A stretch of DNA of 64,000 nucleotides from positions 1,536,001 through 1,600,000 of the forward strand of contig OZ218778.1 in the NCBI GenBank assembly GCA_965112635.1, read 5' to 3'. This document shows positions 49,792 through 59,443 of this stretch, piece after piece. The DNA comes from an uncultured bacterium. Its GTDB lineage: Bacteria > Oederibacteriota > Oederibacteriia > Oederibacteriales > Oederibacteriaceae. Position 1 is the stretch's first letter. Every line of letters starts with the position of its first letter. A model generated the notes under the pieces. It made no database searches, was not told where the DNA came from, and was given only the letters and a program-made list of their open reading frames with translations. Made by a program: the position numbers and the translations under genes.

Positions 49792-50368
49792 GCTTCGGGG
49801 AAGCGAACAGGACTTGGTGATGCTTTGGGAGGTTATGGAGCCTTCTGTAAAGATTCTAGCCTGGCAGCAGTGGGATCGTTACCAATACCGAGTAGGGACG
49901 GTCATTGAATCCGGCGATCTGGTATCGCTGGCAAAATGCGTGTTTTTCAGCCGTCTCCTCAAAGGATGGGATAGTAAAAAAGGCCACTTTCTCAGATATG
50001 CCTGTGTCACTTTCTATTTTGAGTTCAAAAAGTATCTCAGGCAATACAACAGGACGGGCTGGAATTTTGAGTCCCTGGAAAGCGCATATGAGGGCAGTAG
50101 ACCAAAAGAGCCTGTTGCCCCCACGAATCCTGATCTTTGTGACCTGCAATTAGAAATGTCCCTTCAAAATCTGGCTAAACGCCGACCCTTACTGGCAAGA
50201 GCAGCATTTTCCTACCTTAAAGGCGATAAGGGGTCATTGAGGGATGCGGTGATATCAGAACAGAAAATTAGAGGGTTTTCCAGAAGCTCACTTCACAGGG
50301 TTATTAAGGATATCCGGCAAAATCTGATTAAGGAAGAAAATGAAAAAGTGAGAGAGGAGGTGATGTAA
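49643..50368 (+). CDS. Sigma70 region 2-like / HTH DNA-binding protein
   Basis: 'GDLVSLA...LKGWDSKKGHFLRYA' resembles sigma region 2 ('FDP.KG..F.TYA'); C-terminal HTH-like 'GFSRSSLHRVIKDIR'. Confidence 0.55.
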   Translation: MPQSPSLVQIQLPIPLNPLPLQQKNKTSRIPLSIPYAVLNEADRLMKCYRLRGSEQDLVMLWEVMEPSVKILAWQQWDRYQYRVGTVIESGDLVSLAKCVFFSRLLKGWDSKKGHFLRYACVTFYFEFKKYLRQYNRTGWNFESLESAYEGSRPKEPVAPTNPDLCDLQLEMSLQNLAKRRPLLARAAFSYLKGDKGSLRDAVISEQKIRGFSRSSLHRVIKDIRQNLIKEENEKVREEVM

Positions 50369-50719
50369 ATGCAGTCTATTCGGGGACCAGTACACCAAGG
50401 GCCTTACGTGCATAAATCCATAGGGGTTTACTTGCACGCAAAAATAAAGATGATCCGGGTGCATTTCTCCTATGAAGACGTTCAGTATTTTGATCGTTTG
50501 GTGGAGATGGCGAGGGGTGAAGGGCAAAATAAAAGTAAACTTTTGAGGTCTATTTTGATGGAGGTATTAAATGTCAGTCTGGTTGAGTTGGGTGCAGCAT
50601 TAAAAGCTAAAGCAGGTCATTTTCGTTCAGTTGGTGGCTATGCGAGGAACATTCTGATTGATTATCTGGAAAAAGGTAAAGATAAGACGGATTCAGAGTC
50701 ATTAACAAAAACCAATTAA
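50369..50719 (+). CDS. Hypothetical, ribbon-helix-helix-like DNA-binding protein
   Basis: SD GGAGGTG; 'IRVHFSYEDVQYFDRLVEMA...NKSKLLRSIL'. Confidence 0.5.
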   Translation: MQSIRGPVHQGPYVHKSIGVYLHAKIKMIRVHFSYEDVQYFDRLVEMARGEGQNKSKLLRSILMEVLNVSLVELGAALKAKAGHFRSVGGYARNILIDYLEKGKDKTDSESLTKTN

Positions 50720-50732
50720 AAAGGGGGTTGTT

Positions 50733-51461
50733 ATGGGATTTAGCATAAGTAATATAATTTTAAAGTCTGGAAATAGGTTTGATGAAACGGCTTCGGCTTT
50801 GCAGAAATCAATAAGGCGGGGGAAGGAATACGAATCCATGTTTCACTTCGTGGATTTGGCGGAAAGCGGTTTTGATCTCTACGCCTGGAAGAGGCTCTGT
50901 ATCTGCGCTGCGGAAGATATAGGGCTTGCCAACCCGAATATAGTGGTTCAGGTCAACGCTCTTGCGCAGATGTGGGAGAGAATGCGGAAAAAGGAAAAAG
51001 ATGACAGTTCAGGAGAGTTAATCTTTCTCCTCCCCGAAAAAAACATCCCAGCTCTTGCAATACTTTTGATGTGTCGCTCTCCTAAGAACAGAGAAGCCGA
51101 CGATTTGGCTTCGTGTGTGGATTTGGACTGGAAGGAAGGGAAGATCATTCCAATCTCGCCGGAGGCCATTGATGGTCATACGCAAACAGGTAAGGCAAAA
51201 TTAAGACAGCAGGCCAAAGAACAGGGCCGGGAATTTATTGATTTATTTCGTCATGAATTTTTCGAGGGATCGGCACGAAATAATTTGCCGGTGGAAGTTG
51301 ATCTTGGTCCAATAGGGATAAATTGGATGAGGGAAATTACGGAATCACGGTTAGGGTGTGACTATGCTTTATATACAAAACCAATCTCATTAGAAGAAGC
51401 CAGCCCTAAGAAGAAGGGTGAAGATGGAATTAAAACTGAAATAGCTGTTGAGGAAGCTTGA
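50733..51461 (+). CDS. Stand-alone MgsA/RarA C-terminal-like protein (no ATPase domain)
   Basis: 'SALQKSIRRG', 'WKRLCICAAEDIGLANP', 'MCRSPKNR'; no Walker A. Confidence 0.7.
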   Translation: MGFSISNIILKSGNRFDETASALQKSIRRGKEYESMFHFVDLAESGFDLYAWKRLCICAAEDIGLANPNIVVQVNALAQMWERMRKKEKDDSSGELIFLLPEKNIPALAILLMCRSPKNREADDLASCVDLDWKEGKIIPISPEAIDGHTQTGKAKLRQQAKEQGREFIDLFRHEFFEGSARNNLPVEVDLGPIGINWMREITESRLGCDYALYTKPISLEEASPKKKGEDGIKTEIAVEEA

Positions 51462-51514
51462 AGCTTACCTGTCCCTGACGAAATTTGAGGGGTTACGCCT
51501 AAAGGGGGTTTTTA

Positions 51515-51805
51515 ATGAAAAAACCAGAACCAGAAAATATGAAAATGATTCAAGCGGAAACAGATAGTGGCTTCAAAGAGATAATGAATTCGTTGTCTAC
51601 GATTGTAAGCTGTATGAAAGAAATCCACGATGATGAAATCTTACGGCAGGTTGAAATTCTGGATGCGTATAAAGTTGCTTCTGATGCGATCTTGAGAGTA
51701 GAGAAAAAATTAAACGCTATGAAACTTATATTAAACAAAAAAGGGGAATTGGTACAGGCTGTTACTGCTACCGGATTGAGTAAGGTAAAAGCGAGCCTGA
51801 ACTAG
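51515..51805 (+). CDS. Hypothetical helical protein
   Basis: SD AAGGGGG; 96-aa ORF co-oriented with the island. Confidence 0.55.
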   Translation: MKKPEPENMKMIQAETDSGFKEIMNSLSTIVSCMKEIHDDEILRQVEILDAYKVASDAILRVEKKLNAMKLILNKKGELVQAVTATGLSKVKASLN

Positions 51806-51954
51806 AAAGTCAGCGCAGAAAAAGCTTTGATATCAGAACTTTGGGCATATTAAGGAATAGCTTATTGTTCCGATTCTTTTACCAGTTTTTATGATTAATT
51901 GTGTTAAAAGTTCATTAATAAAGCTAGATTTAGGCAAGAAATCAAGACGCTATC

Positions 51955-51983
51955 TTGACACACATAGTTGTTTGTGGTATAAA
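51955..51983 (+). promoter_or_regulatory. Near-consensus sigma70 promoter of the defence operon
   Basis: TTGACA-17 nt-TATAAA with extended -10 TGn; 39 nt upstream of ATG 52023 (SD AAGGGAGG). Confidence 0.75.
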
Positions 51984-52022
51984 TAACACCGATGGCAGAC
52001 ATACATATTTAAGGGAGGCACG

Positions 52023-54653
52023 ATGAGTCTTGCAGATTTCTTAACCCCGAGGAAAGAGGTTCTTCGTAAAGAAGGTATAGAAAGCGTTATTGATATTGAG
52101 AATCTGAATGATCAAAAGAAAATATCCATCGAATCCCGTCCTGAAGATTTTTTTGATTTAACCTGGCCTACCAGTGATATCAAATTAGTGATAGAACACC
52201 TGAATAATCGGTTTAATTCAAAAGAAAAGACCTCTGGTTTATTTCTTTTAGAGGGTTTTAAGGGTAGTGGTAAATCCCACATTGAATTATTGGTCTATCA
52301 TCTTTTCAAAAATAACGCTGCCTCCAGACCTTGGCTGGCAAAACATAATCTAGAGTGCAACCTACCTGCTGACGCTATAGTGAGTATTCATAAGTTCACG
52401 GATTTTCCTTTGGATTCGATCTGGTCAATTGTTTTTGAAAGTCTAGGAGCGAGTAAGCAGGTTTCTGCCTCTAAGGTTCCTAATCTTAAGGAACTGCAAG
52501 CGGCATTAAAAGGTAAAAAACTTGTCTTAATACTTGATGAGCTTGAGAGAGGTATCCTAAGTATTCCAGACGAAAACAGAAGAGAGCAAAATCTTGGATT
52601 TTTACAGATGCTCTCAGAGGAATCACTTCGCAGTCATGATGCATCAATTACCATAATTGCTTCTGTTTACGATTCAAATAAGGAACCGGGTTCCACTTTA
52701 AAGCGTATTTCCAGACTTGATGTAAAGTTCGCAGAACCAACCGATAGACAAAAGATCGTCTTCCATAGATTGTTTTCTAATTTCCAATCGCTTGAACAGA
52801 ATAAGGTGACATCAATAATTCAGAGCTATGCTAATCAGTGGAAAAAAGAGAATGTTAATGTGAATGAGAAATATTTGGATAAGTTTAGGAATGCTTTTCC
52901 CTTTACACCTGAATTATTGGATATGCTTTTAGAAAAAGTTTTAAAACAAAATTTTCAAGGTAATCGTGGGCCGTTGGGTCTACTCGGAAATATGGTTCGC
53001 AATATGTATCAAAAAGTTGATGTAATTTCTGCAGCCCATTTGGATATTGATGATAATGGTATAAGAAACAGGCTGACCGACCTTGATCCAGGTCAGGGCT
53101 TGATTCAGTGCGCTCAGAACGACCTGAAGGGTCTCAGGGAATTAAAGTATTCATCGGAGATCGTAGCTAGTGTGTTGATAGGAACGCTGGCCAGCTCTGG
53201 AAATCTTAAGGGTATTCATGGAGATGATCTGGCAAAGCAAGTGCTTAGGCCAGGTGATGATATTAATGTTTACAACGCTACTTTACAGGCATTTCAGAAG
53301 ATGGGCGCCTATTTTCAGAGCTCAGAAGGGAACTACTTCTTTGATGTCCAAGAAAAACCCAGCGCTAAGATCGAATATCATTCCCTGCGAATCGATCCCA
53401 AAGAAGCCTTGGATTTCGCTCTAGATCGATGGAAAAAGTATGTTTTTAGCGATCCCCAAGCGGTTGTATTTAGAGATGTTGCTCAGGCAAAAGCTGAACT
53501 ATCAGTCCGGGAGAAGAATGGACTTAAGTATATTTTGGCTCCAAGAAGATTAAAGCCAGAAGAAAGAACTCAGCTTTATCACGGATTGGAAAACCGTAAC
53601 CAGGTCATACTTCTCGAACCTAAATCTGATAATTTCGATGCTCTTAATAATCCCGATATTATTAAATGGTCAAAAAGGGCTAAGGCCTCTATGGAATTGC
53701 AACAATCGGCATCGGATTCTGAACGCAAGCACAAGTATGAGCAAATTGGGCAAGAAGATATTCGTTATGTTGAGGAAGCTTTTAAAAAGGCGGGCTTGTG
53801 CTATGTGTTGGTAAATCCGGGTCAGGATATAAATTCTAGTCTGGAGTTTCAACTCGAGAGAGTAGGCAATGCTACTAATAAGGAACAGGTCAGGAGGGAG
53901 CTTTCAGAAAATATATTTCCAAGACAAAGGATAGAAGACCACTTAAATGAACTATTAGACAGTGATAAGAACAGAGGACTTGTTATCGAAAGAAGTATCA
54001 GTGAGATCAGGTCAGAATATCGTAAAACTTTAGGATTTCCCGTTTTAATGACTGATATGACCATATTGATCGACGCCTTAAAGAGCCTCTCGATACAAAA
54101 GCGCATCGGTTTAAAAAACAATCGCACAAGACATTGTGGAACGACACCTCAGTTTTCCGGTGCTGAATGGGATTCTGTAGTGGTAGTTGAACCCTTTGAA
54201 GATGATAAAAAAGAAGGATTTAATTTCAACCCTCAAGTGCCGGTTAAACCTGGAGAAATAAAAGGTGGGGATGAGACTCCTCAGGCTGAACCAATATCAG
54301 CTCCAAGTTCTCAAATTGAATCCACTACGGTTTATACAACAAACCACTCTACCTTGGGCTCTTTAAGACAGGAAATCGCTGCAAAATTGGATGGGTATGA
54401 CAAGATGACAATAACTACCTGTCGATTTGTTCTATTTCTACAAAATAGCAATGCTGATTTAGGTTCATTGCCAGTCGCTCTGCGTGGGACATTAAGCGGG
54501 ATGGCTGATTTGAGCATGGAACTGGATATCGTTAAGCAAGGAGAGTTCAGCAAGGCTCAGGTAGAACAGATGGCGGAACAGCTACCCAGTTTCCAAGGGG
54601 CTGGATATAAAGCTGAATTAAAATTGATAATTAACGAAGGAAAAAATGGATAA
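52023..54653 (+). CDS. DUF499-like (BrxC-related) AAA+ ATPase
   Basis: 'TPRKEVL' start, 'PEDFFDLTWPT', Walker A 'GFKGSGKSH', Walker B 'VLILDEL', 'FPFTPEL', 'FQGNRG.LGLL'. Confidence 0.8.
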   Translation: MSLADFLTPRKEVLRKEGIESVIDIENLNDQKKISIESRPEDFFDLTWPTSDIKLVIEHLNNRFNSKEKTSGLFLLEGFKGSGKSHIELLVYHLFKNNAASRPWLAKHNLECNLPADAIVSIHKFTDFPLDSIWSIVFESLGASKQVSASKVPNLKELQAALKGKKLVLILDELERGILSIPDENRREQNLGFLQMLSEESLRSHDASITIIASVYDSNKEPGSTLKRISRLDVKFAEPTDRQKIVFHRLFSNFQSLEQNKVTSIIQSYANQWKKENVNVNEKYLDKFRNAFPFTPELLDMLLEKVLKQNFQGNRGPLGLLGNMVRNMYQKVDVISAAHLDIDDNGIRNRLTDLDPGQGLIQCAQNDLKGLRELKYSSEIVASVLIGTLASSGNLKGIHGDDLAKQVLRPGDDINVYNATLQAFQKMGAYFQSSEGNYFFDVQEKPSAKIEYHSLRIDPKEALDFALDRWKKYVFSDPQAVVFRDVAQAKAELSVREKNGLKYILAPRRLKPEERTQLYHGLENRNQVILLEPKSDNFDALNNPDIIKWSKRAKASMELQQSASDSERKHKYEQIGQEDIRYVEEAFKKAGLCYVLVNPGQDINSSLEFQLERVGNATNKEQVRRELSENIFPRQRIEDHLNELLDSDKNRGLVIERSISEIRSEYRKTLGFPVLMTDMTILIDALKSLSIQKRIGLKNNRTRHCGTTPQFSGAEWDSVVVVEPFEDDKKEGFNFNPQVPVKPGEIKGGDETPQAEPISAPSSQIESTTVYTTNHSTLGSLRQEIAAKLDGYDKMTITTCRFVLFLQNSNADLGSLPVALRGTLSGMADLSMELDIVKQGEFSKAQVEQMAEQLPSFQGAGYKAELKLIINEGKNG

Positions 54654-55629
54654 ATTTTATCAGTCTATATTTCAGCAAATTATCAGGTCTGGCGCACGGC
54701 TTTCTCATGTTGAGAAATTGCTGATGAAAGAGGTATGGTCTGATAAGAGATTCTCTGAAATGGACACTGAAAAGTATTTAGTGGAGGGAGAAAAAATGAT
54801 GAATAAAGCGGAAGAGATCATTCTTAATTCCGCTTGGAGTTTATATGATGAATTGGCAGCACAATCAGAGAACAGGGGATCGCTTTTAAACACTTTTGAA
54901 CCAGATCATCCAAAAGCTTTAGTGGTTTTGGATGGAGCTTCTATTAGAGAGCTTCCCTTGCTGAAAAGTCTTGCCCAAAAGACAGGTTTTGAGGTAGTGG
55001 ATTCTAGCTATGGTTATGCAGGACTTCCTAGTGAAACAAATGCTTTTGTTGAGCAAAGATTGGTCGGTAAACCGATCTCTCCCTCGCAGTTAGACTCACG
55101 GAAAGAATTAAAAAGTAAAAACATATCCACCTATTACTATGATACTCCGATCAGAAGTTTTGAGTTGCCTAAGGTGAGCAACTCTTTATTGCTATGGTCT
55201 GCCTTTCCAGATGGGACATATACTGATTTCGAGGCGCGGTCATCGGCGCATTTTGAGTCTTTGGTAAAACAGTTTGATGTTGTATGGAAAAATATCATCC
55301 TGGCTATCCCTTCGGGGCATGAAATTGTCATAACTAGTGATCACGGATATATTTACTTTGGCGTAGACATGGAATCTTCGAGTCGATTCGGGTCGGATGC
55401 TCTTGCTTATTTAAACCAAGACCGCTTCCGTATTTTAACTGAGGGAGAGAACCTTCCTTCTGATAATTCTGATTTGATGTGTTTAAACAATCGCAGGGCA
55501 GTGATGCTAAAAGGTAGGATCAAAAATCACCCGCAGGGTAAGTCCAGCAATAAGATATTCCGTCACGGAGGCATGTCTTTGATGGAGATGCTAACGCCGT
55601 GGCTTGTCATTAAGAAGAAAAAATCATAA
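54646..55629 (+). CDS. Stand-alone PglZ-domain (alkaline-phosphatase-fold) protein
   Basis: 'VVLDGAS', 'LPSET', 'ITSDHGY', 'HGGMSLMEMLTPW' are the PglZ metal-binding motifs; 8-nt overlap with the ATPase. Confidence 0.82.
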   Translation: MDKFYQSIFQQIIRSGARLSHVEKLLMKEVWSDKRFSEMDTEKYLVEGEKMMNKAEEIILNSAWSLYDELAAQSENRGSLLNTFEPDHPKALVVLDGASIRELPLLKSLAQKTGFEVVDSSYGYAGLPSETNAFVEQRLVGKPISPSQLDSRKELKSKNISTYYYDTPIRSFELPKVSNSLLLWSAFPDGTYTDFEARSSAHFESLVKQFDVVWKNIILAIPSGHEIVITSDHGYIYFGVDMESSSRFGSDALAYLNQDRFRILTEGENLPSDNSDLMCLNNRRAVMLKGRIKNHPQGKSSNKIFRHGGMSLMEMLTPWLVIKKKKS

Positions 55630-55641
55630 AAGGGGGTAAAT

Positions 55642-55908
55642 ATGACTAATAAGACTAAAGAGCATGTGAAGGAGAAGATCGGCACAGCACTGGACAAGGA
55701 CGTTGTTAAGATGCTCAAAGAGCGTTCTCATTCGGAGGGTCGTCCCATCAGTGACATTTTGCAGGATGCCATCTTGAGGTATAGCACGGCTGAGTCGGGT
55801 TCAGATGACCAGCGCTTGGCTGCGGTTAAACGCCTCTGCTCACGCCCTTTCAATCTTACCAGGCAGGAACTAGATGAAATAATGGAGGAGGACTACTTCG
55901 AGCAATGA
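55642..55908 (+). CDS. Ribbon-helix-helix antitoxin (VapB-like)
   Basis: 'KIGTALDKDVVKMLKERS..EGRPISDILQDAI..Y'; acidic tail; ATGA overlap with the PIN gene. Confidence 0.75.
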   Translation: MTNKTKEHVKEKIGTALDKDVVKMLKERSHSEGRPISDILQDAILRYSTAESGSDDQRLAAVKRLCSRPFNLTRQELDEIMEEDYFEQ

Positions 55909-56405
55909 ACATACTAAAGATTCCTCAAAGAGAAGCTTTTCTGTTAGATGCTAATGTGATCCTTTATGCTATTGAGCGTTCTTCCAATCAATGCGAACGT
56001 TTGATGGAGCGTTGCGCTAGAAGGGAAGTATCTGGCATTCTTTCTACGCATATTTTGGCCGAGGTTATGCATCGGCTTATGGTTGCCGAGGCCAAGGATG
56101 CAGGATGGCTAACGGGTTCTAATCCTGCTCGTCAACTTGCCTCACAGCCCAACCGTATTAAGACACTTAATAGGTATGAAGAGACGGTCCGTGACCTTTT
56201 AACTGTTGGCCTAGTATTGGAATCGCCGATCCGTGAGGATTTCATTACAGCTATGGAGTTACAGCGAAGGTTTGGCTTGATGACCAATGATGCATTATTG
56301 CTGGCATTAGGCACTCGTTTGCGGATAACTTCTATTGCTTCAGCTGACCAAATATTTAAAGAAATTCCAGGGTTTTTATACTATGCCCCGGATGACTTGG
56401 AGTAA
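55905..56405 (+). CDS. PIN-domain ribonuclease toxin (VapC-like)
   Basis: Acidic tetrad 'LLDANV', 'LAEV', 'TNDALL', 'SADQIF'. Confidence 0.85.
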   Translation: MNILKIPQREAFLLDANVILYAIERSSNQCERLMERCARREVSGILSTHILAEVMHRLMVAEAKDAGWLTGSNPARQLASQPNRIKTLNRYEETVRDLLTVGLVLESPIREDFITAMELQRRFGLMTNDALLLALGTRLRITSIASADQIFKEIPGFLYYAPDDLE

Positions 56406-56410
56406 AAGAG

Positions 56411-59400
56411 ATGCCTGTAAAAAGAGCTATCGAGGAATATTTTCCCATCGTCGAAGTGAACCGTCTGGCTGTGCCGGAGCGTAATGCATTTAAACCAATT
56501 TATACAATGCATAAATGGTTTGCCAGACGCTCATCCTCGGTATTCAGGGCGATCTTGTTAGGAGCAATGAAACCGGCTGGTACGGATATCATGAAAGAGT
56601 TTTATAGAGATCATACCGATGATCCTGATACTAAAGGGAAAACAGTTCTTGATCCTTTTATGGGTGGTGGCACGACGGTAGTAGAGGCTTTGCGTCTAGG
56701 ATGCAAAGTGACTGGGATAGATTTAAATCCAGTGGCTTGGTTTATCGTCAAGACTGAGGTAGAGCCGGTTGATTTGGATGAGCTCAAGGCAGCTTTTGAG
56801 CGGTTGGCAGAGAGAAAAGTAGGGTGGTCAGCCAAGCCTTTAAAAGAAACCTTATTGAGTTTATATAAAACAGAGTGTCCGGCGTGTGGTAATAAAGATG
56901 CGGATATCATATATACTTTTTGGGTCAAGTCCGCTCCTTGTACGACGGCTACCTGTAACCATCAGACGCCCCTTTTCTCAGATTTTGTGATTTCCCAGAA
57001 AAGCCCGTCCATCAGATATTTGCCAGACTGTGTTTGTCCCAAATGTAAAAAGAAGTTCGATTGGGAGATCGAGCCTGCGGCCATGGTTGGAGATCCGAGA
57101 CTAATGGTCAATGCCGCAAAATTTTCAGCCGGGGAGGGCAGGAGTTCTGCCCGTTGGAGCTATTCTGATGGTTCTACGGTTGCCTGCCCCTGGTGTAAAG
57201 ATAAAGTAGCCCCTCAGGTATCAAGTCCAAAAACCCAGAAAAAAAAGGTGCCACTTTCCGTTAATTATTGCCCGGCTTGCGAGGAGGTTTGGCAGTTCAG
57301 GGGTGAGCTAGAGGAAAAAATATCCTGCCCATCATGTAAAAATGAATACAATCCAAAAGAAGGCAATTTGCCTGAAAGCGGCAAGTTTATCTGCAGGGGT
57401 AATTGTAATGGTAATGTGGACGCCGTTATCAGTGCAATCCGTAAACTCCCAGAAACAGAACGACTTCCTGTTAAACCGTATGCCCTTGAAGGATATTGCA
57501 GTCATTGTGACCGGGAGGAAAAAGGCGATGATAGCCAAGCGGGTCTTTTTGACAAGAATTCTAAGGCCTCGAATAAGGGCGTAAGGAATGAGATAAGTAC
57601 AATGCTTAGAAAGAACAGCGGTAAATTTATTAAAAGAATTAGTTCTGGCGATTTTTCACTTTTTAAAAAGGCTTCAGAGATTTGGGAAAGGGAAAATGAT
57701 AAATTACTTTACCCAAAGTCAGAAATACCGGAAGGTGCTGAGACGCATAGATTATTGGAGCATCATTATTTGTATTGGCATCAAATGTTTAATAATAGGC
57801 AATTGTTGGCGCTTAGTAGTTTAATAAAGGGTATTGATAAAGAAGAGAGCCAGACAATGAAAGAAATGCTGCTCAGTGCTTTTTTTAATACCCTAAATAA
57901 CATGAGTGATTTTACTTCCTATAGGCCCACTGTTGGAGCGGCCAGACAGGTATTTGCCAGGCATGATTTTCAACCCAAAATGACACCATGTGAAGTTAAC
58001 CCATGGGGAATACATGTTGGAATGGGTTCTTTCCAATCTATGTTTGATTCTGTTTTTGAAGGTAAAAAGTTTAATAAAAATGTTTATGACAGAAAGATTG
58101 TTTTTGGGAGTAATAAAGCTGATGGCTTCGAAATTAAGAAAGTTGCCAGTGGTGAAAAAGTACTAGGTACAAAAGAGGCGGTGACACTTTACTGTAATTC
58201 TTCAACTAATCTAGGAAAATTGGCTTTATTGGATATTGTTATTAGCGACCCCCCCTATTCAGGCAATGTGAACTATTCTGAGTTAGCGGATTATTTTTAT
58301 GTTTGGTTGAGGCTGATACTAAAAAATAAATATCCACACTTTAGTGCTGAACAAACCCCAAAGGTTGAAGAAGTTGTAGAAAATAGGGCCAGGCAAAAAA
58401 CAGCTAAAGATTTTGAGGCTGGCCTAATGAAGGTTTTTGAAGAGTGTAACCGTATTTCTAAGGATGATAGCTTGTTGATCTTTACTTTTCACCACGCAGA
58501 GGGTTCGGCTTGGGAGGCATTGTTAAACGCCGTTTGCGAGGCTGGTTATTGCATTGAGGCAGTTTATCCTATACATGGTGAAGCCGAATCTTCTTTGCAT
58601 TTACAGGAGAATGAGGCTATTTCTTATGATCTGATACATGTATGCCGGAAAAGGCAGAAAAATGAAAATGCTACAAAGAAAGCATGGGCAACTATAAGGC
58701 AGGAAATTCGTAAGCGTGCTAATGATGAGGCTCGGTTAATAGAGACAGGAAGATATGGTAATGAGCCATTGAGTCCTGCGGATATAAACATTTTACTCAT
58801 CGGCAAGTGCCTAGAAATGTACAGCAAGCATTATGGCACAATCATTGATCATTTGGACCAGCCTGTACCGCTCAAACGGGCTTTAGAGGAGATTAAGCTT
58901 CTTATTGACCAGCTTGTCACCAAAGAACAACCTCTCCCATCCGAATTAGAGGATATTGATGCTCCCTCCTACATATACCTGACTACTTTATGCGATAGAA
59001 AAGAAATAACTGGTGATGAGATTAGCAAAAATACCAAAGGAATCATTGAAACATCAGACTTAAAAGATTACGGCCTCATTATCAAGGGTAGGGAAAAGCG
59101 TGGTAGGACCTTTGAGGTGAAACAGCCTATTGAAAGGCTTAACGAGCTGAAGGAAAAATTTAACAAAGTGGTTTTTGTAAGCCAGCCGACTTTGGAGGGT
59201 ATAGAGGTAGCCAAGGAGGTCAAAGAAGATTTTAGATTTGTGGATTATTTGCATTTGCTTCTAGGATTGGCAGATGCTGGGGATAATCTCTTGCCATACT
59301 TGGAGAAATTCAGAGGGCTAAGGCCACAAATCCGTGCCTCCATGGAGTACCTATCGAAAAAGAATAAAAATTTTGCTGCCCCTGCCGGTAAGGTGCTGGC

Positions 59401-59443
59401 TTTACTTGACGAGAGAACTCTTTTTACAAAAAAGGAGAAATAA
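56411..59443 (+). CDS. DUF1156-type DNA adenine methyltransferase with a multi-Zn-ribbon insert
   Basis: 'MHKWFARR', motif I 'LDPFMGGGTT', motif IV 'SDPPY..NVNYSELADYFYVW', 'FTFHH...AWEALL'; about eight Cys-pair motifs. Confidence 0.88.
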   Translation: MPVKRAIEEYFPIVEVNRLAVPERNAFKPIYTMHKWFARRSSSVFRAILLGAMKPAGTDIMKEFYRDHTDDPDTKGKTVLDPFMGGGTTVVEALRLGCKVTGIDLNPVAWFIVKTEVEPVDLDELKAAFERLAERKVGWSAKPLKETLLSLYKTECPACGNKDADIIYTFWVKSAPCTTATCNHQTPLFSDFVISQKSPSIRYLPDCVCPKCKKKFDWEIEPAAMVGDPRLMVNAAKFSAGEGRSSARWSYSDGSTVACPWCKDKVAPQVSSPKTQKKKVPLSVNYCPACEEVWQFRGELEEKISCPSCKNEYNPKEGNLPESGKFICRGNCNGNVDAVISAIRKLPETERLPVKPYALEGYCSHCDREEKGDDSQAGLFDKNSKASNKGVRNEISTMLRKNSGKFIKRISSGDFSLFKKASEIWERENDKLLYPKSEIPEGAETHRLLEHHYLYWHQMFNNRQLLALSSLIKGIDKEESQTMKEMLLSAFFNTLNNMSDFTSYRPTVGAARQVFARHDFQPKMTPCEVNPWGIHVGMGSFQSMFDSVFEGKKFNKNVYDRKIVFGSNKADGFEIKKVASGEKVLGTKEAVTLYCNSSTNLGKLALLDIVISDPPYSGNVNYSELADYFYVWLRLILKNKYPHFSAEQTPKVEEVVENRARQKTAKDFEAGLMKVFEECNRISKDDSLLIFTFHHAEGSAWEALLNAVCEAGYCIEAVYPIHGEAESSLHLQENEAISYDLIHVCRKRQKNENATKKAWATIRQEIRKRANDEARLIETGRYGNEPLSPADINILLIGKCLEMYSKHYGTIIDHLDQPVPLKRALEEIKLLIDQLVTKEQPLPSELEDIDAPSYIYLTTLCDRKEITGDEISKNTKGIIETSDLKDYGLIIKGREKRGRTFEVKQPIERLNELKEKFNKVVFVSQPTLEGIEVAKEVKEDFRFVDYLHLLLGLADAGDNLLPYLEKFRGLRPQIRASMEYLSKKNKNFAAPAGKVLALLDERTLFTKKEK

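Noticed and set aside
44559-51805. Prophage
   Set aside because: No terminase, capsid, tail, lysis or replication genes are visible in the window
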